From Eledone cirrhosa (lineage: Eukaryota): 64,000 nucleotides of DNA. Location of the stretch: assembly GCA_964016885.1 (NCBI GenBank), contig OZ024741.1, positions 329,406,001 to 329,470,000 on the forward strand, given 5' to 3'. A model generated the notes under the pieces. That model saw only the letters and a list, made by a program, of their open reading frames with translations. It was not told where the DNA came from and ran no database searches. The first letter of the stretch is position 1, and every line of letters starts with the position of its first letter. The position numbers were made by a program, and so were the translations under genes. Shown one piece after another: positions 37,899 through 51,793 of this stretch.

Positions 37899-39442
37899 GT
37901 GTCTGTCTGTGTATGTATGTATATATATATATATGTGTGTGTCTGTGTATGCATCTATTTATGTATGTATATATGTGTGTATCTGTGTATGCATGTATTT
38001 ATGTATGTATATATGTGTGTATATATATATATATATATGTGTATGTATGTGTATGTATATGTACATATAGGTATATACACGCATGCACACGCATTTATGT
38101 TTGCTTTGCTCTGTTTGTGGATGCATATATTCATATGTGTCTGTATGAGTATGTGGCGGGTGTGCCTGTGTGTGTGTATTTGTATTTCAATGGATTATAT
38201 TATAAAATCCTTTTTTTTTTAATAAAGTGGGTAAACACATTTCTATCTTTCTCAATAGAATGTTAACTGCAAGCAGTTCCTTGTCGACCATATTGGCATC
38301 TTTTATCATTTCCCATCACTGCCACCCCTGTCTTTTCATCTCCCCTTCTTTCCGATCCCCACCACGCCTTTTCCATCACCTCTTTCCCATTACCGCCATC
38401 CCTTTCTTTTTATCACCCCTTTTTTCCTATCACCACCACACATTTCCTTTCATCACTACCCCTTTTCTCATCACTACCCCTTCCCAAGACCACCTTTCCC
38501 AACACTACCACCCCTTTTTTCATCTCCAACCCTCCTCTCCCATCACTACCACCCCTTTCCCATCACTATCACCCCTTTCTCATCACCACTACCCCTTTTA
38601 AATCACTACATCCTTTGCCCATCATCACCCCTCCTTTCCCATCACTACCATTCCTTTCTTATCATCCCCACCTCTTTCCTATCATCACCCCTCTTTTACT
38701 ATCATCACCACCACCCCTTTTTATATCAACCCCACCACGTTTCTCACTTCCAGCTCTTCCTCCACCATCACACCTCTCCTATCATCCCCCTCTACTATCA
38801 TCATCCCTCTCCTATCATCACACCACCCTCACCATCCGCTCCTCTCCTATCATCACACCACCGCCATCATCATCCCCCTCCTATTATCACCCCCTCTCCC
38901 ATCACCATCCCTGTTTCGATCGTTCTCCCCCTTTTCCCACCACTACTATTTTCCTAACATCCAGTTGAACATACACACACACCATTAACTTTTATTAATA
39001 TAACTGCACATTCATTCATCTACATATGCTAGTTGTATCTGATATTTACTCAAACGTAATTTTCTGTTCAAACATTCCGCCCGTATATTTGCCTACATCA
39101 TGTCAATCTATGTTTACTGTTGCGGTATTTACATAGGAAGGCGCGTGGCTTAGTGGCTAGAAATAATAGGTTCGCAATGTTAAGGTCGTAAGTTCGATTC
39201 CCTATGGTACTTTCGTGTCCTCGCAAAAGACATGTTATTGCTGCTCCAATCCACTTAGCTAGAGAGAAAAAAAGGGTGATTTATTTGTACTTGCAATTCA
39301 AACTGGCCAGTCTTGTCACACACAGTTACATTGAATCTCCCTGAGAATTATATTAAGGAATACACCTGTATGTGAATGACTTCATAAAGGTATATGTACA
39401 TATATATATATGTGTGTGTACGTGTGTGTGTACGTATCTATG

Positions 39443-39477
<35 letters not shown>

Positions 39478-40479
39478 ACGTATCTATGTATATATACACA
39501 TATGTGTGTGTGTGTGTGTGTGTGTTAATTTCATGAGCAAGAGGTTCCATAGGTTCAATTGTTCAAACAACTGGAACAGTCGTCGTTGAAACAGACGGAA
39601 ATCCATTTCTTTGTTCCATTCATCTCCATATGTTAGTTACATTTTATATTTACTCAAACGTAATTTTTCTGTTCAAACACTCCACCCGTACATTTGTCTA
39701 ACTCATGTCAAAGTTTGCCGTTGAGCTATTTACAAAAAGGAAAGAAGGGGTGAGATGAGAACATAGATGATAGAAACGGTTGAAAGGGTTAAAATGTATG
39801 AAATGTATACAATTAAATACTGACAGAAATTCAGCGGTTATGCATGTAGCCTAGTGATTAGTGTACTGGACTAACAATCATAAAGTCGCAGGTTCGATTC
39901 CTGGAGAAAGTGGTGCGCAGTGTTCTAGACCAAGACTTTTCATTACATTCTGTTATTTCTTGTTGTTTTTTTTTCATAATGAAGCTGAGGGTCCCTATCA
40001 TTAAATCACCCGAGAACCTTCCAATTAGATTTAACCTCGTAGGATGCTATCGAAGCTTGCATTGATTGTGGTTATAAAGTTCATTTTTTTTTTTTCACTG
40101 GACATACAGTGATATATCTAGAATCTTATCAACGCTACGCATTGAGGATTAACAGGGCAACTTTTACTATTGTTGAACATATTTTACTCTGTCACCTTAT
40201 CTCTCCTATCCTCTATTTATGCGTGTCTGTATGTTAGGTGTATCTGTATGCATGGCCGATACTACTATTAAGACCAATTAGATAACATCAACGAGCCACA
40301 TTGCTCAACCTTAAAGCATCACTGTATCATACAAATATATTCTAAAAACTGGAACACATACACACACACATCAGTATATACATATTATTAAATGTTACCT
40401 TCAACATTGCACAGTGTAGATGTTAACTACCGGTATTTTTCTTCTTACCATCAGGCTTCATCTCGGATCTTAAGATAAT

Positions 40480-40930
40480 AAGATTTGCTTTCTACTCTTC
40501 TAGGTGCTATCCATCACTTTTCTGTTTATTCTGACAGAGCCAAGTAGGTATGCTTTTTGTACAGGCTCGATATCAAGATCAAATCCAATTTGTTGCAATT
40601 TTTTGTAAGATTGTCTGTTACACATCCCTGGGCTCCTATACTTATTAGTACCAATATTACCTTATTTACTTCACCCCTCCATACATTCAGAACTTCATAT
40701 TTGAGATCATTGTAGTAGTTTTTCTTTTTCTTTGTCTTTTATTACCGTGTCAAAAGGTTATGCTACATCTATAATAAAACATTTCTTTTCTTTCTTGAGT
40801 ATCAGAACTATGTCTGGTTTATTGTGATCAATCTTTGTTTCTGTGTGTATTGTAATAACCCACAGAATTTCGGCTTTATCATTTTCCAGCACTTTCATAT
40901 CTTTTGTTACATGGAAAATGGTATGATCAC
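40480..40930 (-). pseudogene. Diverged R4-like LINE RLE domain fragment
   Basis: Minus strand KVLENDKAEILW...IDHNKPDIVL...CFIIDVA*PFDT aligns with 33513..34073. Confidence 0.75.
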
Positions 40931-40984
40931 TTTGTAATAAAAGAGATGAAATATATTATTATTATGATTGTTTTTTTTTGTTTT

Positions 40985-41110
40985 TTTACACGCAGAAATG
41001 CCCTTTTGTACCGTCCTGTATTGTCCTGTACTGTCCTTAATGTCTACTTTGTGTAAACCCTTGTGGTTAATAAAGAAAGCATTATTATTATTGTTATTAT
41101 TATTATTATT
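40985..41110 (+). mobile_element. Isolated 3' end of Tx1-like LINE
   Basis: tacacgca...gtaccgtcctgt...cccttgtggttaataaagaaagcattattatt matches the reverse complement of 27790-27885. Confidence 0.7.
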
Positions 41111-41184
41111 ATATATATGTTGTTATTATTATTAATTTATTACTTCAGTCATTGATTTTATTTAATCGAATATTTTTCCCAAAA

Positions 41185-41575
41185 GAACATCAAGCCGCTA
41201 CCAGCAGCCTCAGATATTCAGGACGTATTGGAGGGTCCTTGTTGTTCCCTGTAGGCATGCCTTTTGAAGTGTTCCAAAAAAAGGGGGCTGGGCTAATGTT
41301 CTTTAATTAGCCTCGAAACCTCTTCGAGATAGTTCCTACTGCTCCTATGACGATGGGGACGACCATGATCTCACGACAATGCCAAATCCTTTTCAGTCCC
41401 ACTTTAGATCCTGGTACCGGTTAATGTTCTCCTTTTGCAATTTTGTATCAAAGATGCATCTATAATCAAGCAAGATCTTTTTTCCTTGTCAAAGCCTGTG
41501 CAACCAGTAGCATTCCTGCTTTAACTTTTTAAGGCCCCCTTTCTTTAACCAGTCTCATGTCTGTGGATCTCTGTT
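41185..41575 (-). mobile_element. R4-like LINE 3' fragment with internal deletions
   Basis: cagcctcagatattcaggacgtat...gcatgccttttgaagtgttcc is the reverse complement of 34005-34080. Confidence 0.75.
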
Positions 41576-42323
41576 ATTGATTAAACTGTACATACACTCA
41601 GATACATGTATAAATATACAACATATGCAACAGTTCCCCCTACTTTCGCCAATTCATGTCACCAAGCGACAACAGTTACATTATTAAATACATCCTCTCT
41701 AAAAGATAAAATTAGGGACAACCAAACGCGAGCCATAATAACATTTTGAACTGCTTATCCTGAAGAACTATGCCTGTAAATAATATTCTTTCTTTCCCAT
41801 TACCTTATCATGTTCCACATCACCCCCTTTTTTTTCTTTTTTCTTTTTTCTTTTTTCTTTTTTCTTTTTTCTTTTTTCTTTTTTCTTTTTTCTTTTTTCT
41901 TTTTTCTTTTTTCTTTTTTCTTTTTTCTTTTTTCTTTTTTCTTTTTTCTTTTTTCTTTTTTCTTTTTTCTTTTTTCTTTTTACTTCAAAAACCTTGTTTG
42001 TAAATAATATTATTCTTTCTTTCCCATTTCCTTAACATATTCAACATCACATTATTTTCTTTCCAACATTTTATACCAATACAAATTCCTCCTTTGATAA
42101 TGCATAAAATGCTGAAGCCGGTAATAGACAATTATTAAATATATAAATAAATAAATAAATAAATAAATGCCATTGTTAATTAATAAATAAATTAACTAAT
42201 ACCTTAACACTTCACACAAAGTAAAATATTTTGTTTTAAACATTTTCTAACCCAGAAAAAAGAGAAAAAAATAAAAGGAAAAAAATATATTTTTCTTCCT
42301 AATAATCGTCTTTTTCTCCCTAT

Positions 42324-42400
<77 letters not shown>

Positions 42401-42901
42401 TTAACTGTGGAGATATAAAAGATACAGAAGCGAAAACCAACCAAACAGTGAGTGTGTTCTGTTATTATTTCTGGCAATATTATTACAACAATATGATCCT
42501 CCCCAAGTATAACTATATATATATATGGTGGCTGCCAACTCGTTTTCGAGTACGGCCACTACTTTATATCTATGTAAGAGAACCCCTACCGATACGCTGA
42601 ACGAGTGTGACATTTTAGTCGAGCCAGCGACTTGAAAGCTCTGGTACAAACACTACACTTGCGACAATTATTGACACATAGTGCTGGGCCCATGGTACCA
42701 TGAGACGAGAAGTGCAGAGAGATCTCCAGATATAAAGCAATGCCTGTGCCGTGAAGCTTTTATAGTGAGCAAAGGCACTGCACATATATATATACGGGAT
42801 AACAAATTATTGTTATAGGTAGTCCACTTAGATCTAGTCCAGTTAGGGTACTCCGAGTAGTGGATTGTATAGCAAACCCGTGTAACTCTTCTTTCTTGAT
42901 T

Positions 42902-43004
<103 letters not shown>

Positions 43005-43273
43005 ATTATTATTATTATTATTTCCGGCAATATTAATACAACAATATGATCCACTCCAAGTATAACTATATATATATATATATATAAAGTTATACTTGGA
43101 GAGGATCATATTGTTGTATTAATATTGCCGGAAATAATAACAGAACACACTCACTGTTTGGTTGGTTTTTGCTTCTGTATCTTTTATATCTCCACAGCTA
43201 ATTCATTCGGTCCTTTAACTGACCAACGGTCAAAAAACAGATATATTATAGATATAAACACATATATATAGTC

Positions 43274-43317
43274 TAACAAAGTTCTTTCGTTGCACATCTG
43301 CAACATCATCAGTGGTA
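43274..43317 (-). ncRNA. Hammerhead ribozyme motif (family B), identical to 14726-14769
   Basis: Minus strand tacca CTGATGA tgttgcagatgtgcaac GAAA gaac TT tgtta. Confidence 0.65.
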
Positions 43318-43486
43318 TATAAAATATAAAATATTATATAAAATATAAAAGATACAGAAGCGAAAACCAACCAAACAGTGAGTGTGTTCTGTTATTATTT
43401 CTGGCAATATTATTACAACAATGTGACCCTCCCCAAGTATAACAATATTTGTTTCGACACACGATTTCATATCAAAACCCTCGCAA

Positions 43487-43530
<44 letters not shown>

Positions 43531-43621
43531 GTGGAGTGCAGGTATTATAAGGATTATTTCTGCCTAACGGTTAAGCTTTTATCATTTCGATAACAAATGA
43601 TGATAAATATGTGTGTGTGTG

Positions 43622-43702
<81 letters not shown>

Positions 43703-44677
43703 CTATCTCTCCCTCTCTCTCTCTCTCTCCCTCACTCTCTCTTTCTCTTTCTCTCTCTACCACTCTCTTTCCCGCTCTCTCCCTCTCTCTGTTTGTCTGT
43801 CTGTATGTGTTTATGTTTCTATGTGTGCGTGAGATGGTTTTTAGTTTTCTTCTACTAAATTCCAATTACAAGATAAAAGTTGATCCGACGCATAAATATG
43901 GTGCCGTACAGAATTCTATATTTCACGTTGTTCCTTCTACCAGGAATTGCAACTGGCCGATATTATCAGCAATTGAAAGACCAATGAATACTATGTTTCC
44001 TTGGTCCCATCTTACGATCGACTTCTTTTCTTTTCAAGGTATGTATGTCTGTCTTTGTGAGTGTGTGTGTCTTTGTGTGTGTGTGTGTGTGTTTTAAAGA
44101 ATGTCCATTCTTTTGTCTATATCTATCGATTTCAATGGCCGATTTCTAATGCTGTTTCATTAAGCTCTTATCTATGGTTGTTATCGTTTCATTTGCAAAT
44201 TGTTTTTTGTTGTTATTGTTTTGTTTCGTTTTTTATTATTGTTCATTGGGCGGCTTCTGCAGATGATTATCTGTTTATCATTTCTCATATTGAGTTTCCC
44301 GAAAGCTGGTTTATTTGGAAATTATTTATTGTTTACAATTTTTCTAATTCAGTTAGCGTTCTATCTCTGCTTGTCGGATGCGTAATCACATCCTGTCTTG
44401 GTAGTTGTTTATTTGTTTATCTATTATTCTTTGACCGGTTCGGTAGTTATCCTGCATCTGTCTCTCGATTAAGTCATTCATATCCTGTTTTGCTAAGATT
44501 GTTATTCTGTCTATTTTATAAATTGACGCTTGATATAGGAATTCACTACATATGTTTTTCACATAAGCTAAATCCCCTCTAAGTAACTAGGCTCGCTTTC
44601 ACATGTTTCCGCCCATAGAATATGGACATGCTTGAACACCGCTATTAAACATATATATATATATGGAGAGAGGGGGG

Positions 44678-44766
<89 letters not shown>

Positions 44767-44912
44767 AGAGAGTATTAATTTATGTAATGATTATTAATCA
44801 TTTCGACGAGTACAAACGACAATTTTAAACAATTTTCAATCTTATTGAGCCGCATCAGTGAACCTTTATTTTAATACATAGGTATACGTGTATGCAACAC
44901 ACACACGCCCTA

Positions 44913-44944
<32 letters not shown>

Positions 44945-44945
<1 letters not shown>

Positions 44946-45183
44946 GTTTTAATATAGATGAGATTCTGCAGCACTAGAACTGTTTCATTCTTGAGAAATC
45001 ATCAGAAATCTGAGTCAGATTCTTGAGAAATCATCAGAATCTGAGTCAGATTCCTGATGATTTCTCAAGAATGAAACAGTTCTAGTCCTGTAGAATCTCA
45101 TCTATATTAAAACTTTTATACTCTGCTATGTATTGAGTACCTTACTTACTGTGGTTACCTCCGATTCAACCCGGAATAACTTA

Positions 45184-45186
<3 letters not shown>
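44945..45186. mobile_element. Family E fold-back element (IR 44945-45114 with short internal duplication, plus tail); decayed relatives ~7340-7410, 7930-8135, 58805-58870
   Basis: agttttaatatagatgagattct...tcatcag / ctgatga...agaatctcatctatattaaaact; (TA)n flanks. Confidence 0.8.
45048..45098 (+). ncRNA. Hammerhead ribozyme with a self-contained stem III
   Basis: agattc CTGATGA t-ttc-tcaa-gaa-t GAAA cag-ttctagtc-ctg TA gaatct; the mirrored left-arm copy has GCA instead of GTA. Confidence 0.8.
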
Positions 45187-45233
<47 letters not shown>

Positions 45234-45527
45234 AAGACAAACAGAAATAACAAAGCAAACGACACATTAAAATTAAGAAATATAATGATTTCTAGTATAG
45301 GCACAAGGCCAGTAATTTAAGAGGAGGGGAAAGTCGATTAGATCGACCCCAATGCATTACTGGTATTTTATTTTATCGACCCCGTAAGGATGAAAGGCAA
45401 AATTAACCTCGACGGGATTTGAACTCAGAACGTAAAGAGACGTAACTATGCCGCGAAGCAAGGTGTCGGATGCTCTACCGATTCTGCTAATTAGTTTTAC
45501 GCGATATATATATATTTCCTAGTATAT

Positions 45528-45617
<90 letters not shown>

Positions 45618-45757
45618 GGGGGGCATCGTCAGGTGTGGATTGCATAATTAGTTCATCAAGAAAAGGAATTACTGCAAACACAAAGAGAGAATACACTTGA
45701 TTCAGAGATGGCTCGCGAAAATCGATGTTATTGTTGAGGTGAACCATCTCTGAATCC

Positions 45758-45832
45758 GAACCTGACGATGTTGCCAAGTTCTTGCGTCATGATCGGATGA
45801 TGTAACTTGGCCAATGAAATATGTATAGTGTT
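45758..45832 (+). ncRNA. Hammerhead ribozyme with long stem II
   Basis: gaac CTGACGA t-g-ttgccaagtt...aacttggc-caa-t GAAA tatgta TA gtgtt; inverted partial copy (cacacCTGACGA) at ~45624-45645. Confidence 0.7.
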
Positions 45833-46023
45833 TTTTTGCAGCATTAAAATTTAATAGGATATTTCCAGTCCGACCTCTTGTTTCAAATAAATATTTAACT
45901 CTGTTACTGCACCAACTACAGCATTCAACATCTACGATTGATGCGTTGCATAACGTGCTTTCCTGACTCTTACATCATGGTTTATTAACCGGAATGTATA
46001 TATATATATACATGTATGTATGG

Positions 46024-46108
<85 letters not shown>

Positions 46109-46524
46109 CATAACCATACATATATACGAATAAATCAGCGTGATACAATGTGACAAAGTTGTACTTTGGAATTACTGGTAGAATACACCCGACAGGCTTC
46201 CTCACAGTTTCTGCCTACCCAATTACATTCACAAAGCTGGGATTGATTCGAGACTATGGTAAAAACATTTGACCAAGAGGTCACGATTACTAAACTCATG
46301 ATTACCAAGCGGTTTTCTTAACTACACAACCATAACTGCGTCCACTCTTGGAACAATTCACTATGCAGTGAAATTTCCCCACCAATGAAATATAAACACT
46401 TCAAACATCGTCTTGTTAAACAAGCTTGTTTTATTGTTCTCCCCTTATCCTATTCAGTTAACCACTAAACTACAAACTTTCAAAATATAAGTGTGTGCAA
46501 ACTTTTGTGTGGTCAGTCTCACCA

Positions 46525-46810
46525 TGAACAGCGTATTGAATCATTGATTTGAATCGCTGAATCCTCCTTTGAACTCAAACGTCAGTCTCGCGCCATGGAG
46601 AGCGTAGTAAACTGTTGATTTGATCCGCTGAATTCCTCTTTGAGCTCAAAAGTCACTCTCACTTACGACAGCGCAATGGACCATTGATTTGATCCTTTAA
46701 ATTCTTCTTTAAGATCAAACCTCACTCATATCTACGACACCGCAGTTTGAACTCAAACTACAGTCTGACAGAACACAGTGAAGGAAACGATTGATTTCTG
46801 AATCAATTCC
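46525..46810. repeat. Degenerate tandem repeat, ~70-bp unit, 3-4 copies
   Basis: ttgatttga.tc.gctgaat.cctc.tttga.ctcaaa recurring. Confidence 0.6.
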
Positions 46811-47256
46811 TCATTAAGCCCATAGGTTCAAGGAAGCTATTGTTCGTAGATGCGTGTAATAATGTTTAAAACGCCCCGATCAGACAGAAAGTAAAAAGAG
46901 AATGTCGCGAAGCGTGTTAAATGAAATGGATAATTCCAGCAAGTACCAAATTCTCTGAGCAGAACATTTACGAACTGAAGTGCAAAAGAAATGAAAGATC
47001 AAGTAGACTGGCATAGTCTTGGAAGCAAGCCACTTGGCAGTGTAAACTAGCCAAAAGCTTATCTTTTTCTTTACAACGCCACTTACAAGTTCTTCATGAC
47101 AAATAATAAACTATTATATTGACCGATACATAAGAGATTAGTACAGAGATAAATAAGACAACGCATGGATATGTCATCGTAACAGAACGATATAACCCAG
47201 CGTAGCAGAAAACCTAATTGAAACCAATTTCACACATACAATTGTACATTCATACA

Positions 47257-47311
<55 letters not shown>

Positions 47312-47737
47312 TCGAACCAGCGCAAAGGGTTATAATAATTGTTTCTACTTTTGGCACAAGGCCAGCAATTACCCAGTGCATTACTGGTACTTTATTTTAT
47401 CGATCCCGTAAGAATGAAAGGCAAAATTAACCTCGGCGGGATTTGAACTCAGATTGGAAAGGGCCGTAACTCTATGCATCAAAGCATGGCGTCCGACCCT
47501 CTACCGATACTGCCAACAGTCGATCAGTAGATATAATAGTAGAAAAAAATAGGTAAACACCCTGGAAGTGAGTAAAAAGGATACACAGGCAACTTTGTCC
47601 ACTTTTTTCGTCTTCAGGAGCACTTTACGCGGTTATCTGTATTATTATTTATAGTGATCGGCTAATATTATTATGATCATTTGCGTTAGGACGATTATAT
47701 TTCATATTCATAACAATGCTCCTTAAGTCAACCAGTT

Positions 47738-47804
<67 letters not shown>

Positions 47805-47821
47805 TATATATACTATATATA

Positions 47822-47905
<84 letters not shown>

Positions 47906-47930
47906 TGTAATAAACAACATAAGATAATTA

Positions 47931-47990
47931 TTTCATTTACCAGTGGTTTCTTGAAAGCAACCAAAATTGCTTTCATTCATCAGAATGAAA
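47931..47990 (-). ncRNA. Hammerhead ribozyme in family F fold-back element (47901-48132)
   Basis: Minus strand: tttcatt CTGATGA a-tgaaagcaa-ttttgg-ttgctttca-a GAAA cc-act-gg TA aatgaaa. Confidence 0.85.
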
Positions 47991-48154
47991 AAATCCTGGT
48001 TTGGTTGCTTTCAAGAAACCACAGGTAAATGAAATAATTATCTTATGTTGTTTATTACATAACTAATAAGCTATGTAACCTACATAGAGCACTCTTTTTT
48101 CCTGGACCTTTCCGACGGAATCACTTCATTCACACACACACACACACACATATA

Positions 48155-48208
<54 letters not shown>

Positions 48209-48400
48209 CTATATTTGGGGGATGGTCATGTTCTCAGTATTTCCAATAAAAAATAAACACAACATAGGATTTTCACTCTATCACTTTATTTTTATTTCTA
48301 GTTATTGGTTCTTTCGTCACACATTCTGTGACCTCCTCCATGACAATTTGTTCTTTTCTGTACCTCCTCTTCTTTCTAGTCTTAATCAGTTACTTTATCT

Positions 48401-48432
<32 letters not shown>

Positions 48433-48514
48433 TAACAGATTAAAGCTTAAGCAAAGAATCGCTGCTTTTACCCTTAACGGGATCTTCTGAAATAGTCTTC
48501 GAATTTATTATTAT

Positions 48515-48576
<62 letters not shown>

Positions 48577-48699
48577 ACAAATATGACACCTCAACAAATA
48601 CCAGGAGTAGAAAGCATAGCCGTTCCACAGAGATCGGAACGAAAATAGAGCTAAGCTGAATAGTAAAAACATACTTTTGGATCTCTCTGCCAGTTAGTC

Positions 48700-50295
48700 G
48701 GTGTAATCTTACTTGTGCAGTGAAAACACACCTTTAGTCGTCAGTAGTCTGGTAATCAGTGTTGCCTTACCTGTGAGGATAAAATACATGACTGGCCCTC
48801 AGCCGTCTGTTAGTCAGTGTCACCTTACCTGAGCAGTGAAAAAACATCTTTAGCCCTATGCAGTCAACAGTCAGTTAGTCAGTTAGTCAGAGTCACCTTT
48901 GCTGAGCAGTGAAAAACACACCTCTGAACCTCAGCAGTCAGTTAGTCAGAGTCACCTTTGCTGAGCAGTGAAAAACACACCTCTGAACCTCAGCAGTCAG
49001 TTAGTCAGAGTCACCTTTGCTGAGCAGTGAAAAACACACCTCTGAACCTCAGCAGTCAGTTAGTCAGTGTCACCTTAGCTGAGCAGTGAATAACACACCT
49101 CTGAACCTCAGCAGTCAGTTAGTCAGTGTCACCTTAGCTGAGCAGTGAAAAACACACCTCTGAACCTCAGCAGTCAGTTAGTCAGTGTCACCTTAGCTGA
49201 GCAGTGAAAAACACACCTCTGAACCTCAGCAGTCAGTTAGTCAGTGTCACCTTAGCTGAGCAGTGAAAACACCTCTGAACCTCAGCAGTCCGTTAGTCAG
49301 TGTCACCTTAGCTGAGCAGTGAAAAACACACCACTGAACCTCAGCAGTCAGTTAGTCAGTGTCACCTTAGCTGAGCAGTGAAAAACACACCTCTGAACCT
49401 CAACAGTCATTTAGTCAGTGTCACCTTAGCTGAGCAGTGAAAAACACACCTCTGAACCTCAGCAGTCAGTTAGTCAGTGTCACCTTAGCTGAGCAGTGAA
49501 AACACCGCTGAACCTCAGCAGTCAGTTAGTCAGTGTCACCTTAGCTGAGCAGTGAAAAACACACCTCTGAACCTCAGCAGTCAGTTAGTCAGAGTCACCT
49601 TTGCTGAGCAGTGAAAAACACACCTCTGAACCTCAGCAGTCAGTTAGTCAGTGTCACCTTAGCTGAGCAGTGAAAAACACACCTCTGAACCTCAGCAGTC
49701 TGTTAGTCAGTGTCACCTTAGCTGAGCAGTGAATAACACACCTCTGAACGTCAGCAGTCAGTTAGTCAATGTCACCTTAGCTGAGCAATGAAAAACACAC
49801 CTCTGAACCTCAGCAGTCAGTTAGTCAGAGTCACCTTAGCAGAGCAGTGAATAACACACCTCTGAACCTCAGCAGTCAGTTAGTCAGTGTCACCTTAGCT
49901 GAGCAGTGAAAACACACCTCTGAACCTCAGCAGTCAGTTAGTCAGTGTCACCTTAGCTGAGCAGTGAATAACACACCTCTGAACCTCAGCAGTCAGTTAG
50001 TCAGTGTCACCTTAGCTGAGCAGTGAAAAACACACCTCTGAACCTCAGCAGTCAGTTAGTCAGTGTCACCTTAGCTGAGCAGTGAAAAACACACCTCTGA
50101 ACCTCAGCAGTCAGTTAGTCAGTGTCACCTTAGCTGAGCAATGAAAAACACACCTCTGAACCTCAGCAGTCAGTTAGTCAGTGTCACCTTAGCTGAGCAG
50201 TGAAAACCACACCTCTGAACCTCAGCAGTCAGTCAGTGTCACCTTAGCTGAGCAATGAAAACCACACGCCTGGACCTCAGCAGTCAGCAGTTTGT
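48700..50295. repeat. 59-bp minisatellite, ~24 homogeneous units plus ~3 degenerate units at the left edge
   Basis: gtcagttagtcagtgtcaccttagctgagcagtgaaaaacacacctctgaacctcagca repeated head to tail. Confidence 0.95.
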
Positions 50296-51448
50296 TAGTC
50301 AATGTCATCCAGATACCCAGTCTGTTTCTCCTTGTCTGTTGATGCCATGAGCAGGATGCTCAGTTGTTCGAACGCCTGGGACACTCGTCGTCGTAACCGA
50401 CGGAGTTCTGACAATAGCAACAACACAACACCAACAGCAACAGCAACAATATCAAAAGAATTCAAGGCATATGCAACAGCAACTAAATAACAAACGCAAA
50501 TGCAGCATATAAAACGCACAAGCGATGGAGAGGGGAGAGGGAACATGGAAAGTCATTGAAGATGTGTAATGTAGATCAAATGTACGATATTGAATATAGA
50601 AATGACAGGAGGGGGTGTGATGTTGATATTGTTGTTGTTATTGTTGTTGTTATTGATGTTGGTTTTGTCAGAACTTATAAGGTTACGAGTGAATCAACGC
50701 TCACATCGGTGAAGCGTGAAATATAACGTTTTGTGACAAGATCTATGTCGAGTATGACATTTCCCTATGACTGATATGTCGAGTATGACATTTTTCTATG
50801 ACTGATATATAATCCGAAGAAGCCCTTTAACAAGAAAGAAATGTCTGATATCTCCTGATAGACGGTTTTAATCTATATACACTTATAGAATTTAATCATT
50901 TCTTTATTAAATGTCATGAAGAGACCACAATTATTTGTTTTGCTTTTTTCTATTGTTATTGCAGTGGTTGTTATTGTTGTTGCTGAGTTGCCGCTACTGC
51001 TGTTGTTGTTTTTTGCTGCTGCCCTTACTTTTGTTGCGTTTTTCTGTTGCTGTTATTGATATGGTTGTTGTTGTTGATGTTGTTGCTTTCATTTTTGTTG
51101 TTGTTGTTGTTGCTGCTGCTGCTTTTGTTGTTGTTTTTGTTGTTGTTGTTGCTTTTGTTGTTTTTTGCAGCTGCTGTTGATTTTGTTGATTTTGATGCTG
51201 TTGCTGCTGCTATTTCTGTTATATTTGCTGTTGTTGTTGCTGTTCCTTCACTGTGGTAACTAATATAGACATCCCTCTCTCCCCCTCCTAATATGTTTAC
51301 GGATCAACCAACCAAAATCCGGTATATAATCCATTTTAGCAAAAGTAAAACAAAATCCATAAAAATCCATAAAAATAATAAAAAAAATATTAAAAGCCTT
51401 AGCTGATATTTAAGCGAACATCAAATAGCAAATCATTTTTTTCTCACT

Positions 51449-51793
51449 TACGAGAGACGAGTGAAAAGTTTATAGGCTGACCATAATACTCTCATGGAAT
51501 GACCAAATGAGGTTTATTTTTCAACATAGTCCCTGGAAAGAAGCAATGCAGTTATTAATAAGAAGAATTGAAATTAATGCATGCACGATTCCACAGCTCT
51601 AGCATCACTCCTTCATAGGCTGACCAAGATGCTCTCATGAAATGACCAAATAAGGTTTATTTTTCAACATAGTCCCTGGAAAGAAGCAATACAGTTATTA
51701 ATAAGAAGAATTGAAATTAATGCATGCACGATTCCACAGCTCTAGCATCACACCTTCATAGTCAGCCTATAAACCTTTCAGCCCACCCTCTTA
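51449..51793. mobile_element. Mariner-type MITE with internal ~142-bp duplication
   Basis: TIRs TAcgagagacgagtgaaaagtttataggctgac / gtcagcctataaacctttcagcccaccctctTA; TA ends. Confidence 0.75.

Noticed and set aside
39138-39205. tRNA-like sequence with A and B boxes
   Set aside because: Head of a repeated SINE; no complete cloverleaf or acceptor stem
44061-44582. 173-aa hydrophobic ORF
   Set aside because: Begins in (TG)n, T-rich compositional bias, no recognisable motif
48700-50295. Regular array resembling a CRISPR or a satellite-type ribozyme array
   Set aside because: Units are contiguous with no unique spacers, no cas genes, eukaryotic context; CTGAGCA/CTGAACC do not match the HHR core in the right order with GAAA
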